From Longimicrobiales bacterium (lineage in GTDB: Bacteria; Gemmatimonadota; Gemmatimonadetes; Longimicrobiales; Gaopeijiaceae): a stretch of DNA of 64,000 nt. The stretch lies in NCBI GenBank assembly GCA_965238005.1, contig OZ250165.1:3648001-3712000 (forward strand), in the 5' to 3' direction. How positions within the stretch are numbered: position 1 is the first letter of the stretch; the number at the start of each line of letters is the position of its first letter. This document shows, in pieces, positions 39,590 through 51,104 of this stretch. The notes beneath the pieces were generated by a model. It was not told where the DNA came from and ran no database searches. It was given only the letters and a program-made list of their open reading frames with translations. The translations under genes and the position numbers were made by a program.

Positions 39590-41281
39590 ATGCCCCGGAA
39601 GTACCGTCTTCAAGCCGTTTCCATCGTACTCGCGCTGGCGGTATTGGGGTGTGAGCAGAGTGTTACAGATGTCGTTGATTGGACGGCTGAGGCGAACCAT
39701 CCCTCTATCACGGCACTGTTGTCGCCGCTCGCGACAGGTACCGGGTTCATAGATGCGACCTTCGCAACAGACTTTAACCCTGTCGATGGAGACTATCTCT
39801 CGGGCCTTATCACAGTCGGTGGAACTTTCACTGTAGCGGCAGGTGACGTCGTCTACGTGGACGGATCAGTGGAAATCGTGGCTGCAGATGTGCTCATCGC
39901 CGGTACGCTTGACGCGAGCGGTGCGGGACCGGCCGGCGGCGCGGTGCCTTCGCTCCTCGCGGCGGGGAAGCCGGGATTCGGGACGGGCGGCGGTGCCGGC
40001 TCTGCGAGCAACTTCTTCGAAGGCCCGGGAGGCGGCGGGGGGGGATACGGCGGGGCAGGCGGTGGAGGAGGGACGACCCCTAGCACCGGGGCCCAAGCGG
40101 CCGGCGGCGCATCATACGGAGCCACGAATCCCCCCGGCATCCTCATGGGCTCGGGCGGCGGCAGCGCCAGCAGCAACTTCTTCAACCCCGGTGGAGCGGG
40201 TGGAGATGGCGGTGGCGCGATCACGATCGTCGCGACGGACATATCGGTGACCGGGATCGGAGTCATCTCGGTATCGGGCGCCGACGGCCTGGGGAGCACC
40301 GGCGGCGGACTGCCGGTGGGCGGCGGTGGTGGTGGATCGGGCGGCGGAATCTGGTTGGACGGTGCCCTGGACATCTCCGGGTCGCTCCTCGCGGTTGGAG
40401 GCGTGGGAGGGCCCGTAACGAGCAACCAACCTGGCGTCGCGACGGCAGGCGGAGGGGGCGGGGGCGGCCGGATCAAGCTCTCGGGCTGCGGCGTCATCGA
40501 CGCTGGTGCGATCGTCCTGTCCACCGGCGGCAGCCCGGGCGGGAACTCCGTCGGAAATGGCGTGAGTCTTCCCCAGCCCGGCGCGGACGGCACCACGCCC
40601 ACCGACCAAGACGATCCGCTCGAGGCCTGCGGTACGACTTCGACTTCCGCATCTTTCCTGATCATCGACGAGGAGAGCATCGGCAAAGGCAGCCCGCCGC
40701 ACTCCTTCGACGAGATGGACGTGAGCGAACACATCGCCGACATCGGGGTGCGGACCCAGCTCCCCTTCTTTGAGAGCAACGTTGGTAGTACGATCACCCT
40801 GCATACGGGCGAAGTCGGCGATGAGGGATGGTTCGCGTTAAAGACGATCCCGGACTCCTGGAATGCGGCCGGCCCGACCCCTGACGGGCTGCGGAATTAT
40901 GTGGGCAATCCGGTCGGTCCAGGCTTGGGCTCTGGGGGTGATCCAGAGGCCCTGCTGGACAAGATTCCGAACGTCACTCCCTTGCGGGCGATGGGGCTCA
41001 AGCAGTTGGTGGGGCAGCGGGTCTGCGCCGTGGTCTACAAGAGCGACGTCTCCATCAACTATGACCCACTGGACGGGAGTCTCAAGGGAGACAACCTGGG
41101 AACGGTGGCGTTTGAGGTCCTATCCGTGACAAGGTTGGACGGGTTCTCCTCGTCGTCCCTGCCGCAGGCAGAAATCGAGATCTTGGACGCCAACGACGTC
41201 TGCGAGGGGTCGCTGACTCTCTTCACGGATGCTCCTGAGCCGATCTCCTCCTCGGAACCCTTTGACGTGGACCCGTCCTAG
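39590..41281 (+). CDS. Glycine-rich surface lipoprotein with unassigned C-terminal domain
   Basis: AGGAGG RBS; lipobox VLGC; repeated GGGGGSGG/GGAI/GGRI motifs. Confidence 0.7.
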   Translation: MPRKYRLQAVSIVLALAVLGCEQSVTDVVDWTAEANHPSITALLSPLATGTGFIDATFATDFNPVDGDYLSGLITVGGTFTVAAGDVVYVDGSVEIVAADVLIAGTLDASGAGPAGGAVPSLLAAGKPGFGTGGGAGSASNFFEGPGGGGGGYGGAGGGGGTTPSTGAQAAGGASYGATNPPGILMGSGGGSASSNFFNPGGAGGDGGGAITIVATDISVTGIGVISVSGADGLGSTGGGLPVGGGGGGSGGGIWLDGALDISGSLLAVGGVGGPVTSNQPGVATAGGGGGGGRIKLSGCGVIDAGAIVLSTGGSPGGNSVGNGVSLPQPGADGTTPTDQDDPLEACGTTSTSASFLIIDEESIGKGSPPHSFDEMDVSEHIADIGVRTQLPFFESNVGSTITLHTGEVGDEGWFALKTIPDSWNAAGPTPDGLRNYVGNPVGPGLGSGGDPEALLDKIPNVTPLRAMGLKQLVGQRVCAVVYKSDVSINYDPLDGSLKGDNLGTVAFEVLSVTRLDGFSSSSLPQAEIEILDANDVCEGSLTLFTDAPEPISSSEPFDVDPS

Positions 41282-41492
41282 AAGGAGGCCATAGCGGGCG
41301 AAGAATTGGCGGCGAAGTAGCCTGTCGTCGTTAGAGGACGAATTGACAGGGCCTGGTCAAGGTCACCACAGGGATCAACGGGAAGGGATAGCCAGGACGA
41401 CATCTTCCCCTCCGGCGCCGCCCCGGTCCAGCTCCTGGGAGCCTCGGTCCATCCAACGAAGACGGTGTCGGCCTCCACAGGAGGCCACCCCG

Positions 41493-42149
41493 TCACAGCT
41501 CCAGCCCGTACTGCAGTCCCAGAAAGCTCTGGCGATGGTGCGGCGTGGAGCCCAGCCGATCCAGGGCGTCGCGGTGCTCCTGGGTGGCGTAGCCCACGTT
41601 GTGGTCCCACCCATAGCCGGGATAACGCTTCGCCAGCTTGGTCATGAGGCGATCCCGGCACACCTTCGCCACGATGGACGCGCACGAGACCGAGTGCACC
41701 AACCCGTCGCCACCCACCACCGCTTCGTGCTTCCAGCGAAGCGACTTCATCGGGAGGCCGTCCACGACGACATGATCGGGTTTGACGGGTAGTCTGCGCA
41801 GAGCCCGGTTCATGGCCCACGCCGTGGCCACCAGGATGTTGGCTCGATCGATCTCCCGGACGGAGGCCGCGCCCAAAGCCACCGCGTGAGCACGGTCACG
41901 GATCACGCCCGCCAGCTCCTCCCGGGCCTCGGCGTCGAGCTCCTTGGAGTCCGTGGCCCCGTCGATGACGGTCCCTTCGGGAAGGATCACCGCGGCCGCC
42001 ACGACGGGTCCCGCAAGGGGGCCGCGCCCAACCTCATCCACCCCGGCCACCCCGGAAAGACCGCGGCTCCAGAACCGCCTCTCGTAGTCGAGGGGGTCCT
42101 GGAGCCGATCGCTTCCAGAATCGTCCGGCGACTTCGCCGGCGAGCTCAT
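41493..42149 (-). CDS. rnhB: Ribonuclease HII
   Basis: GVDEVGRGPLAGPV, DSK, VVDG, ASIVAKV. Confidence 0.95.
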   Translation of the reverse strand: MSSPAKSPDDSGSDRLQDPLDYERRFWSRGLSGVAGVDEVGRGPLAGPVVAAAVILPEGTVIDGATDSKELDAEAREELAGVIRDRAHAVALGAASVREIDRANILVATAWAMNRALRRLPVKPDHVVVDGLPMKSLRWKHEAVVGGDGLVHSVSCASIVAKVCRDRLMTKLAKRYPGYGWDHNVGYATQEHRDALDRLGSTPHHRQSFLGLQYGLEL

Positions 42150-42167
42150 GCTAGTGTGGACACCACA

Positions 42168-42518
42168 CTAGTTGGTCCGCTTCTCCCGGATCCGGGCTGC
42201 CTTGCCGCGCAGGCCTCTCAGGTAGTAGAGCTTGGCCCGGCGTACGCGTCCGCGCCGGACGACCTCTATACCCGTGACGGTGGGAGCGTGGAGGGGAAAC
42301 ACCCGCTCGACACCCACACCGCTGGAGATCTTCCGAACCGTGAAGGTCGCTCCGGTACCGGCGCCACGGCGCCCGATACAAACGCCCTCGAAGACCTGGA
42401 TCCGCTCCTTGGCCCCTTCACGGACGTTGTAGAGCACCCGAACCGTGTCACCGGGGGCGAAGTCCGGATCGTCGTCCCGCAGCTCCTCTCTCTCGAGCTC
42501 TTGTATCAGATCAGACAT
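42168..42518 (-). CDS. rplS: 50S ribosomal protein L19
   Basis: [35 protein letters not shown]. Confidence 0.97.
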   Translation of the reverse strand: MSDLIQELEREELRDDDPDFAPGDTVRVLYNVREGAKERIQVFEGVCIGRRGAGTGATFTVRKISSGVGVERVFPLHAPTVTGIEVVRRGRVRRAKLYYLRGLRGKAARIREKRTN

Positions 42519-42640
42519 GACGATCCTCTTGGTCCGGGCGAACTTGTCGTTCGTCAGAGACAAAATAATGCAGCGCTGGGCAGGGGTGAAGAGGTCGGGG
42601 GAACAAGCTCCCAAGGCCGTTTCGGAGCCGCGCTGCCGCG

Positions 42641-43327
42641 CTATCCCTCCTCGCGCTCCCGGGAGAGGCGAGCCGCCTCCGCCTCGCGCCAGGCCTCGAT
42701 CCTGGCGTGATCCCCGGTCCGCAGCACCTCAGGGACACGGTGCCCGCGGTACTCGGGTGGCCGTGTGTAGGACGGGGCGCTCAGCCGTCCTTCATCATAG
42801 AACGAGTCCGTCGACGCCGAGTCGTGATCTCCCATGGCGCCTGGGAGGAGCCTCACCACGGCATCCGTGACGGCCAGAGCCCCGATCTCGCCACCCGAGA
42901 GCACGAAGCGGCCGAGGGAGATCTCCTCGGTGGCCAGATGGTCGGCCACCCGCTGATCCACGTCCTTGTAATGGCCGCACAGGAGCGTCAGCTCGGGCTG
43001 CACGGAGTAGCGGACCGCGTCCGAGTGCTCGAACACTCTGCCGCGAGCCGAAAGAAGCACAACGGGTCCGGCCGGCTGGAGATTGTCCACCGCCTCGAAG
43101 AAAGGCTCGGGCTTCATCACCATGCCGGCCCCACCGCCGTAGGGAGTGTCGTCCACGGTCCGGTGCCGGTCGTGGGCGAAATCCCTCAGGTCGATGATGC
43201 GATAGCGCACCAGTCCGACCTGCTCAGCCCGTCCGGGAATGCTCGTCGCCAGAGGCTCCCGGAAGAAGTCGGGAAAGATCGTGACGATGTTGATGGTCAG
43301 GGGTTCTCGATCGGTCACGTCAGACAT
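42641..43327 (-). CDS. trmD: tRNA (guanine37-N1)-methyltransferase
   Basis: [25 protein letters not shown]. Confidence 0.95.
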   Translation of the reverse strand: MSDVTDREPLTINIVTIFPDFFREPLATSIPGRAEQVGLVRYRIIDLRDFAHDRHRTVDDTPYGGGAGMVMKPEPFFEAVDNLQPAGPVVLLSARGRVFEHSDAVRYSVQPELTLLCGHYKDVDQRVADHLATEEISLGRFVLSGGEIGALAVTDAVVRLLPGAMGDHDSASTDSFYDEGRLSAPSYTRPPEYRGHRVPEVLRTGDHARIEAWREAEAARLSREREEG

Positions 43328-43862
43328 CCAACAGGCCGTCGGGAGGATCGAGGACGATGCGATTCTCATCCACGCTCACCGAATGAACCACCTTGGAGAT
43401 ATACGGGATCAGTATGCTCTTCTCGGGGCCCCTGACCTCGAGGAGATCGGCGGGCCGGAGCTCATAGACCTCCGAGACCTCGCCGATGCTGTCGCCATCC
43501 ACCGTCACCACCTCCATGCCCAGCAGGTCGTGGTAGAAGACCTCACCCTCTTCGAGCTCGCCGACGTCGTCCAGGGTGCGCAATACGTAGCAGTCACAGA
43601 GAGCCTCCGCGCCGGTCCGATCGTACACTCCCTCGAAACGGACCAGGAAGCCCCGGCGGTACGCGCGGCTCGTCTCGATCCGGCAGGTGGGCAGGTCGGG
43701 TGACAGCACGCCTTCGGCATCTCCCAGGTACAGAGCCACCCCGGGAGCGAACGTGCTCTCGGGGTGGTCGGTGAGAGGCCAGATGAAGACCTCTCCCTTG
43801 GTACCGTGTGCCTTGTTGAGGTGCCCCACCACGAGGTGCCGAGGGGCGTCCGTCCTACCCAT
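43320..43862 (-). CDS. rimM: 16S rRNA processing protein RimM
   Basis: AHGTKGEV, FYHDLLG, LIPY; conserved position. Confidence 0.93.
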   Translation of the reverse strand: MGRTDAPRHLVVGHLNKAHGTKGEVFIWPLTDHPESTFAPGVALYLGDAEGVLSPDLPTCRIETSRAYRRGFLVRFEGVYDRTGAEALCDCYVLRTLDDVGELEEGEVFYHDLLGMEVVTVDGDSIGEVSEVYELRPADLLEVRGPEKSILIPYISKVVHSVSVDENRIVLDPPDGLLDV

Positions 43863-43880
43863 GGTCGTGGGCTCGGAGGG

Positions 43881-44891
43881 TTACTCCGACTTCTCCTCCC
43901 CGTCCTCTTCGGCCTCGGCATCTGCCTCGGCGGCGGGCTCCTCCTCGGCTTCCGCCTCGGGGGCTTCCTCTTCGGTAGCCTCGGGCTCCGACTCCTCTTC
44001 GGCGGCGGGCTCTTCCTCGGCTTCCGCCTTGGGGGCCTCCTCTTCGGCAGCTTCGGCCTCGGGCTCCGACTCCTCTTCGGCGGCGGGCTCTTCCTCGGCT
44101 TCCGCCTCGGGGGCTTCCTCTTCGGCAGCCTCGGCCTCGGGCTCCGACTCCTCCTCGGCGGCCGGCTCCTCCTCGGACTCGGCTGCGGGGGCTTCCTCTT
44201 CGGCAGCCTCGGCCTCGGGCTCCGACTCCTCCTCGGCGGCCGGCTCCTCCTCGGACTCGGCTGCGGGGGCTTCCTCTTCGGCAGCTTCGGCCTCGGGCTC
44301 CGACTCCTCTTCGGCGGCGGGCTCTTCCTCGGCTTCCGCCGCGGGGGCCTCCTCTTCGGTAGCCTCGGGCTCCGACTCCTCTTCGGCGGCGGGCTCCTCC
44401 TCGGCTTCCGCCTCGGGAGCCTCCTCTTCGGCAGCTTCGGCCTCGGGTGCGTCGTCTTCAGCAGCCTCGACGTCGGCCTCGGCGGCGTCGAGCTCGGCAG
44501 CCGCCGCAGTCGCGGCCTCCTGGGCCACCTCGGCTGCCGCCGCCGCCTCGCGGGCCTTCGCCTCTGCTTTCCGGCGCTCCGCAAGGGCAGCGGTCTTCAG
44601 AGCCTTCACCTCCTCCGGATCGAGCTCGCCGAGAGCCACGGAAGTATCACCACCCTTGCGGGCCTTGTTCAGCAGCGTTCGGACGGTGTCGGTGGGCTCG
44701 GCACCCTTGGCGATCCACGCGTCGGCCTTCTCGACGTCCACCACGAGGCGGGCCGGGCTCGTCAGAGGCTTGTAGTACCCAAGCGTCTCGACGAAACGGC
44801 CATCTCGCGGAGCTGCGGAGTCGGCCACCACGATGCGGAAGTGGGCCTGCTTCTTACGGCCCATGCGACGAAGTCGGATTTTTACGGCCAT
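43881..44891 (-). CDS. rpsP: 30S ribosomal protein S16 with long acidic C-terminal tail
   Basis: [30 protein letters not shown]. Confidence 0.95.
   Translation of the reverse strand: MAVKIRLRRMGRKKQAHFRIVVADSAAPRDGRFVETLGYYKPLTSPARLVVDVEKADAWIAKGAEPTDTVRTLLNKARKGGDTSVALGELDPEEVKALKTAALAERRKAEAKAREAAAAAEVAQEAATAAAAELDAAEADVEAAEDDAPEAEAAEEEAPEAEAEEEPAAEEESEPEATEEEAPAAEAEEEPAAEEESEPEAEAAEEEAPAAESEEEPAAEEESEPEAEAAEEEAPAAESEEEPAAEEESEPEAEAAEEEAPEAEAEEEPAAEEESEPEAEAAEEEAPKAEAEEEPAAEEESEPEATEEEAPEAEAEEEPAAEADAEAEEDGEEKSE
43925..44430 (-). repeat. 72/78-bp tandem repeat (about 6.5 units) in the rpsP tail
   Basis: Units EEEAP(EAEA/AAES)[12 protein letters not shown](EAEAA/EAT). Confidence 0.9.
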
Positions 44892-44948
44892 ATGCGCTTT
44901 CCAGTCGGTCCCTTACGTAGCCGGCTTACCCGGCGTCTCCCTCGATGA

Positions 44949-46247
44949 TCAGAAGGGCATCATGCCCTTCATCTGCTTCATGAACTTCTGCGTCTCCTTG
45001 AACTGCTTCAGCAGCCGGTTCACTTCCGCGACCGGCCGCCCACTTCCCTTGGCGATCCTCGCCCTCCGGGATCCGTCCAGGAGCCCCGGCTTACGCCGCT
45101 CATCCGGCGTCATCGAGAGGATGATGGCCTCTACGTGCTTCATCCTCTTCGGATCGACTCCCCCTGCGGGCATCGCCCGTGCGGCCCCGGGAATCATCTT
45201 CAACAACTGCTCTAGGGGCCCCATCTTCTGGACCTGCCGCATGGCAGTCAAGAAGTCCTCGAGCGTGAAGCGGCCACGGAGCATTTGCTCCTGGAGCTTC
45301 TCCTGGGTCTCGGTGTCCATGGCCTGCTCGGCCTTTTCAACCAGACCCACCACGTCGCCCATCTGAAGGATCCGCCCGGCCAACCGCTCCGGATCGGCCA
45401 ACTCCAGATCGTCCACCGTCTCGCCCACGCCCACAAATTTGATGGGCTTCCCGACGACGCCACGGATGGAGAGCGCTGCTCCCCCCCGGGCATCACCGTC
45501 CATCTTGGTGAGGATCACCCCCGTCAGGCCCAACGCTTCGTCGAACCCTTCGGCGATCCTCACCGCCTCCTGCCCGGTCATGGCGTCGGCCACGAGGAGG
45601 ATCTCTTGCGGCTCGAGGTCCGCCTTCAACCGGCGCAGCTCGTCCATCATCGGCTCATCGATCTGCAGCCTTCCGGCCGTATCGACGATAAGGACCGACC
45701 TGAGGTCCCGCCTGGCGACTTCGACGGCCGCCTTCGCCACCAGAACCGGGTCGCCTCCCGGCTCGCCCTTGTGGACCGGCAGGCCGATCTGCTCGCCCAG
45801 GGTGGCCAGCTGGTCCACCGCGGCGGGCCGATACAGGTCGCAGGCCGCCAACAACGGCGCTCGGCCCTCCTTGGCCAGACGCTTCGCCAGCTTTGCGACG
45901 GTGGTCGTCTTCCCCGACCCCTGCAGGCCCACCACCATGAAGACGGTAGGCACCGACGAAGCCCAGTGAAGCGTGGGCCTGCCCTCGCCCAGCAGATTCG
46001 CCAGCTCGTCATGGACGATCTTGACGATTTGCTGCCCCGGCGACACGGACTTCACGACCTGGTCCCCGAGCGCGCGCTCCTGCACGTGCTGGAGGAACTC
46101 CCGCGTCACCTTGTAATTGACGTCGGCCTCGAGGAGGACCCGCCGTACCTCGCGGAGCCCGTCCCGGATCATGGGCTCCGTCAGGATGCCCCGCTGCCGG
46201 AACTTGCCGAGAGCGCTGTCTAGCTTCTTGCCGAGTTCATCGAACAT
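44949..46247 (-). CDS. ffh: Signal recognition particle protein
   Basis: GLQGSGKTT, DTAGR, TKMDGDARGG, M-domain SRRARIAKGSG. Confidence 0.97.
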   Translation of the reverse strand: MFDELGKKLDSALGKFRQRGILTEPMIRDGLREVRRVLLEADVNYKVTREFLQHVQERALGDQVVKSVSPGQQIVKIVHDELANLLGEGRPTLHWASSVPTVFMVVGLQGSGKTTTVAKLAKRLAKEGRAPLLAACDLYRPAAVDQLATLGEQIGLPVHKGEPGGDPVLVAKAAVEVARRDLRSVLIVDTAGRLQIDEPMMDELRRLKADLEPQEILLVADAMTGQEAVRIAEGFDEALGLTGVILTKMDGDARGGAALSIRGVVGKPIKFVGVGETVDDLELADPERLAGRILQMGDVVGLVEKAEQAMDTETQEKLQEQMLRGRFTLEDFLTAMRQVQKMGPLEQLLKMIPGAARAMPAGGVDPKRMKHVEAIILSMTPDERRKPGLLDGSRRARIAKGSGRPVAEVNRLLKQFKETQKFMKQMKGMMPF

Positions 46248-46375
46248 CGGCGACCGATCCTCCTCGTTGGCGACCCCACCCGCTCACCTCACGACCTACG
46301 CGCGGACGAGGTGGATGCGACAAAGCTTTGTAAGATATGAATTTCGCAGGACGCCCTCAACGGCTGTCCGGGAGT

Positions 46376-47677
<1,302 letters not shown>

Positions 47678-47754
47678 GGTGCGCTTCTTTGTTTGGAGGG
47701 GTCTAGAGGTCTGTGTACTCCATCAACAGACCTCCTATGGACCCTATTGGACAC

Positions 47755-47785
47755 GAAAAAAGCCCATTCGTCGGGGAATGGGCTC
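47755..47785 (-). terminator. Intrinsic terminator in the purA upstream region
   Basis: AGCCCATTC-N6-GAATGGGCT followed by TTTTT on the minus strand. Confidence 0.75.
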
Positions 47786-47807
47786 TGGGCGGTGGATCCT
47801 TTGGTGG

Positions 47808-47836
47808 AAGCTAGATCGCCAGGAGGAGCGAGTCAA
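47808..47836 (-). promoter_or_regulatory. Candidate sigma70 promoter upstream of purA
   Basis: TTGACT-N17-TAGCTT on the minus strand. Confidence 0.5.
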
Positions 47837-47903
47837 CGAGTGGCCCCCTCTCTCGGCGATCCGGAGGTCCCCTCCGATGCATCGGGAGATCCCCTCCGAC
47901 GAA

Positions 47904-50174
47904 TCAGAAGGTGCGCCCTACGAACAGGTAGAGGGTGTCACCTCCGGAAGTGGCCCGCCCGTACACCAGGTACAGGGGCCCCAACAGCGTCTCCATGCCC
48001 ACGAAGACGCTCGCTCCACCCTTGAGCTCGTCGAGCCGCACACCGCCCGCTTCCGGCCACGCGCTGCCCGCCTCCACGGAAAACCCCACGTGTAGATCCC
48101 CGCCCTGGGGCGTGGTATTCAGCGTGGCCACGTTCCTTCGGAACGTGGCGCGGGCGAAACCGTATTTCCTGCCGACGACCTGCCGTGGCCGGAGTCCGGA
48201 GAGCTGCTGGAAGCCACCCAGAGCGAAGTCGTGGTGCAAGGGCAGCTTCGACGTCAACCCGGTCCCGAACCGTAACTCCACGAGCATCGTGTTGCTTCCC
48301 CTCGAGAGAGCCGTCAGAAAGGCGCTTTGCAGGCGGGTGTACGTAGGATCGGCCCCCAGTGACCGCGCGGAGCGGTACGCCTCGATGCGAGCCCAGGTCC
48401 CACTCCTGGGGAACGACGCGTCGTCCAGGAGATCCACCGAGAGGCGAGCCAGGATCGCCCCCACATCGGCGCTGAGCTCCTCCCCGGTCGCCTCGGCCCC
48501 CGAGCCCCTCCGCTCCACCTTTCCCCGGATGAGCTCGACGCGGAATTCGCCCCAGTCCTGCCACTGAGCTCCGAAGGCGATCGCCGCGTTGAGCTCACGA
48601 ATACCGCGGTTCACCTCGCCGGCCCCGAGGACGGCAACCTCCAGGGACTCCTCCCGGTAGTCGAGGCGCGGCGCGATGAAGAAACGGCCGTCGACGTCGA
48701 GGGGCTGGTAGAGCTCAACCTCGGCCCCCTGGGCGTCTCCGAGACGAATCTCCGTGAGAAGCTCTCCTCCGCGACGGTTGAGCTGGGTCTGGGTGTGGGT
48801 AGCGAGAATCGTGAAGCTGCTCCGGCCCCGTTCCAGGTCGTTTCCGAACGCCACCCCGAAGCGCATGAGACCCGGACCCCACGGCTTCTCGGTCACCTGG
48901 ACCAGCAGTCCGTTGGCATCGCCCTCTTGCACGAGGCTGTAGTCCACTCCCTGGTAGAGCCCCATGGCGAAGACCCGGTTGAGGGCACGCTCGAGCGTCT
49001 CGGCTGTCAGCGGCTGCCCCACGGAGAGCCCCAGCCGGGCGCGCAGCACGGCGGAGCTCATGCGCTGGGTCCCCGCGATGTGGACGAAGTCGATGGTCTG
49101 GGGCCGTGCCTCCTCACGGCGGCGGCTCTCACTGAATGCCCGGTAGGCTTCGGGGCTCAAGCTCCACTGTGCGAGATCCTCGCCCGCGGCCCGGGCGCTC
49201 TCGGCTCCCGCATCGAAGGTACCGGTGAGCGAGCGGAATTCCGTGATCGGCACATCGGCGACGTCGGGGCGGAGGAGAACGTCCCGTCCCGGTACCAGAG
49301 CCTCTCTTTGTGGCACGGTGTTCCGGAGCGTGGAGATGCGGAGCGTCTGGGCCGTGACCTCGATGGCGCTCTTCAACTCGTCGGCCTGGTAGAGGGGAGG
49401 CGTCAGGTCCACAGCGATCACCACGTCGGCACCCATGGCCCGGACCACGTCCACCGGCAGATTGCGCACCGGCCCGCCATCGACGAGGACGCGCCCCTGG
49501 AGCTCCACCGGAGAGAACGCCCCGGGGAGCGACATGCTGGCATGGATCGCCGTGGAGAGATCCCCCCTGTCCAGGACCACCATCTCGCCGGTCACGAGAT
49601 CCATGGCTACGGCGACGAAGGGCGTGGGCAGCTCCTCGAACGATCGAATGTGTGCCACCGGAAGTGTTGCCGAACGGAGCGTGAGCTCCACGTTCTGGCC
49701 GGTGACGATCCCCGTAGGAAGTCGGAATTCCCCCCCGTTGAAGCCGACCTCGAGTCGGGAGGGGACCCGCCGGTCGGTGTTTTTGAGACGGAACGGCTGG
49801 TGGCGCCTGGGCGGTCGGTCGGAGAGCAAGTCCTGCCAGTCCAGCGACTCCAGGAGAGCCTTCAGCTCCTGGACGCTCATGCCCGACGCATAGAGCCCCC
49901 CGATGGCGGACCCGATGCTCGTTCCCGCGATGTAGTCCACGGGAATCCGGAGCTCCTCAAGAACCTCGAGGACGCCGACGTGGGCCCCTCCCTTCGCCCC
50001 GCCACCGCCGAGCACGAGACCGACCTTGGGGCGGGAGGTATCCGCTCCAGGACTGTCGTACAGGCCCGGCCGCTGGGCGAAGGCGGTGGCGGGAACCCCC
50101 GCTGCGACGATCACAGTCAGGAGGGCCGAGGCTCGTGATCTGAGGACCGAGGCCCGAGATGAGGGAAACGCCAA
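47904..50174 (-). CDS. Patatin-like phospholipase with POTRA and Omp85-like barrel (PlpD-type)
   Basis: GGGGAKG, GTSIG, DGG; C-terminal LYLFVGRTF. Confidence 0.88.
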   Translation of the reverse strand: MAFPSSRASVLRSRASALLTVIVAAGVPATAFAQRPGLYDSPGADTSRPKVGLVLGGGGAKGGAHVGVLEVLEELRIPVDYIAGTSIGSAIGGLYASGMSVQELKALLESLDWQDLLSDRPPRRHQPFRLKNTDRRVPSRLEVGFNGGEFRLPTGIVTGQNVELTLRSATLPVAHIRSFEELPTPFVAVAMDLVTGEMVVLDRGDLSTAIHASMSLPGAFSPVELQGRVLVDGGPVRNLPVDVVRAMGADVVIAVDLTPPLYQADELKSAIEVTAQTLRISTLRNTVPQREALVPGRDVLLRPDVADVPITEFRSLTGTFDAGAESARAAGEDLAQWSLSPEAYRAFSESRRREEARPQTIDFVHIAGTQRMSSAVLRARLGLSVGQPLTAETLERALNRVFAMGLYQGVDYSLVQEGDANGLLVQVTEKPWGPGLMRFGVAFGNDLERGRSSFTILATHTQTQLNRRGGELLTEIRLGDAQGAEVELYQPLDVDGRFFIAPRLDYREESLEVAVLGAGEVNRGIRELNAAIAFGAQWQDWGEFRVELIRGKVERRGSGAEATGEELSADVGAILARLSVDLLDDASFPRSGTWARIEAYRSARSLGADPTYTRLQSAFLTALSRGSNTMLVELRFGTGLTSKLPLHHDFALGGFQQLSGLRPRQVVGRKYGFARATFRRNVATLNTTPQGGDLHVGFSVEAGSAWPEAGGVRLDELKGGASVFVGMETLLGPLYLVYGRATSGGDTLYLFVGRTF

Positions 50175-50186
50175 AACGGGGGTAAC

Positions 50187-51104
50187 CTACGTGGAGGAGC
50201 CCGCCGTTACGGTGAGCCCCGCACGATCCAGCACCTTGGCCACATCGTCCCTGCGATGGTCCGGCAGCGGCTGGAGAGGCGGGCGCGGATCGCCGCCCCG
50301 GAGCCCGAGGAAATCCATGGCCACCTTCACCCCGGGAACACCCATGCCGCCCACGATCTCCTGGTGGGCCGGTGCGATCACCTCCTGGATGCGCCCGGCC
50401 TCGGCAGAGTCTCCGTCCACAAAGGCCTGGTGAATGGCCGCCGAGTGCCCCGGCGCCAAGCAGGCCACCGCCAAGATGCCACCCACCGCACCCAGCTCGA
50501 GCCCGCCATAGAAGATCGCTCCACTCCCCACCACGACCTGGAAGTCGTCACGGGTACGCGACACCACCTCACCCACCAGCTCGAGGCTGCCCCGCGAGTC
50601 CTTCATTCCGATGATGTTGTCCAGCTTGGACAGATCGGCCAGGAGGCTAATGGAGAACTCGAGGGTGCTCATCCGGAGCGGCACCTGGTAGACGATGACC
50701 GGGATCGGAGAGGCCTTGGCCACCGCTCGGTAGTGATCCAGGAGGGCAGAGTCGGTCATGGCCCCGCGGTAGAACGCCGGGGGCTGGACCAATACCGCGT
50801 CTGCGCCCGCCTCGGCGGCTAGGTCGCAGCGCCGGATCGTTGCGCGGGTGGACTCGGCTCCGGTGCCCGCCACCAACAGCCGGTCGTCTGAGATCAGATC
50901 CCGGGCGCCCTCCAGGACGGCGGCACGCTCGTCCTCGTCGAGCAGGAGCGCCTCTCCCGTGGAGCCGCCGACCACGATCCCCCGGATCGGGTGGGCCAGC
51001 CAACTCCTGAAGTTCGCACGGATGCCGACGAGATCGACCTCGCCGGTGACGGGGTCGAAGGGGGTCGTGCAGGGGATGAGTACTCCGGACAGATCCACGC
51101 TCAT
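50187..51104 (-). CDS. DHDPS/NAL-family aldolase (4-hydroxy-2-oxoglutarate aldolase-like)
   Basis: GSTGE, YQVP, MKDS; distinct from the operonic dapA. Confidence 0.8.
   Translation of the reverse strand: MSVDLSGVLIPCTTPFDPVTGEVDLVGIRANFRSWLAHPIRGIVVGGSTGEALLLDEDERAAVLEGARDLISDDRLLVAGTGAESTRATIRRCDLAAEAGADAVLVQPPAFYRGAMTDSALLDHYRAVAKASPIPVIVYQVPLRMSTLEFSISLLADLSKLDNIIGMKDSRGSLELVGEVVSRTRDDFQVVVGSGAIFYGGLELGAVGGILAVACLAPGHSAAIHQAFVDGDSAEAGRIQEVIAPAHQEIVGGMGVPGVKVAMDFLGLRGGDPRPPLQPLPDHRRDDVAKVLDRAGLTVTAGSST

Noticed and set aside
43925..44430. Repeat array as CRISPR
   Set aside because: No unique spacers, in-frame coding repeat, no cas genes
43505..44948. Long alternative-frame ORFs over rpsP (Arg/Pro-, Ser/Ala-, Gly/Leu-rich)
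   Set aside because: Shadows of the tandem repeat in GC-rich DNA
50187..51104. Second dapA
   Set aside because: Lacks the YNVPGRT and NPVPVK signatures; better treated as another aldolase
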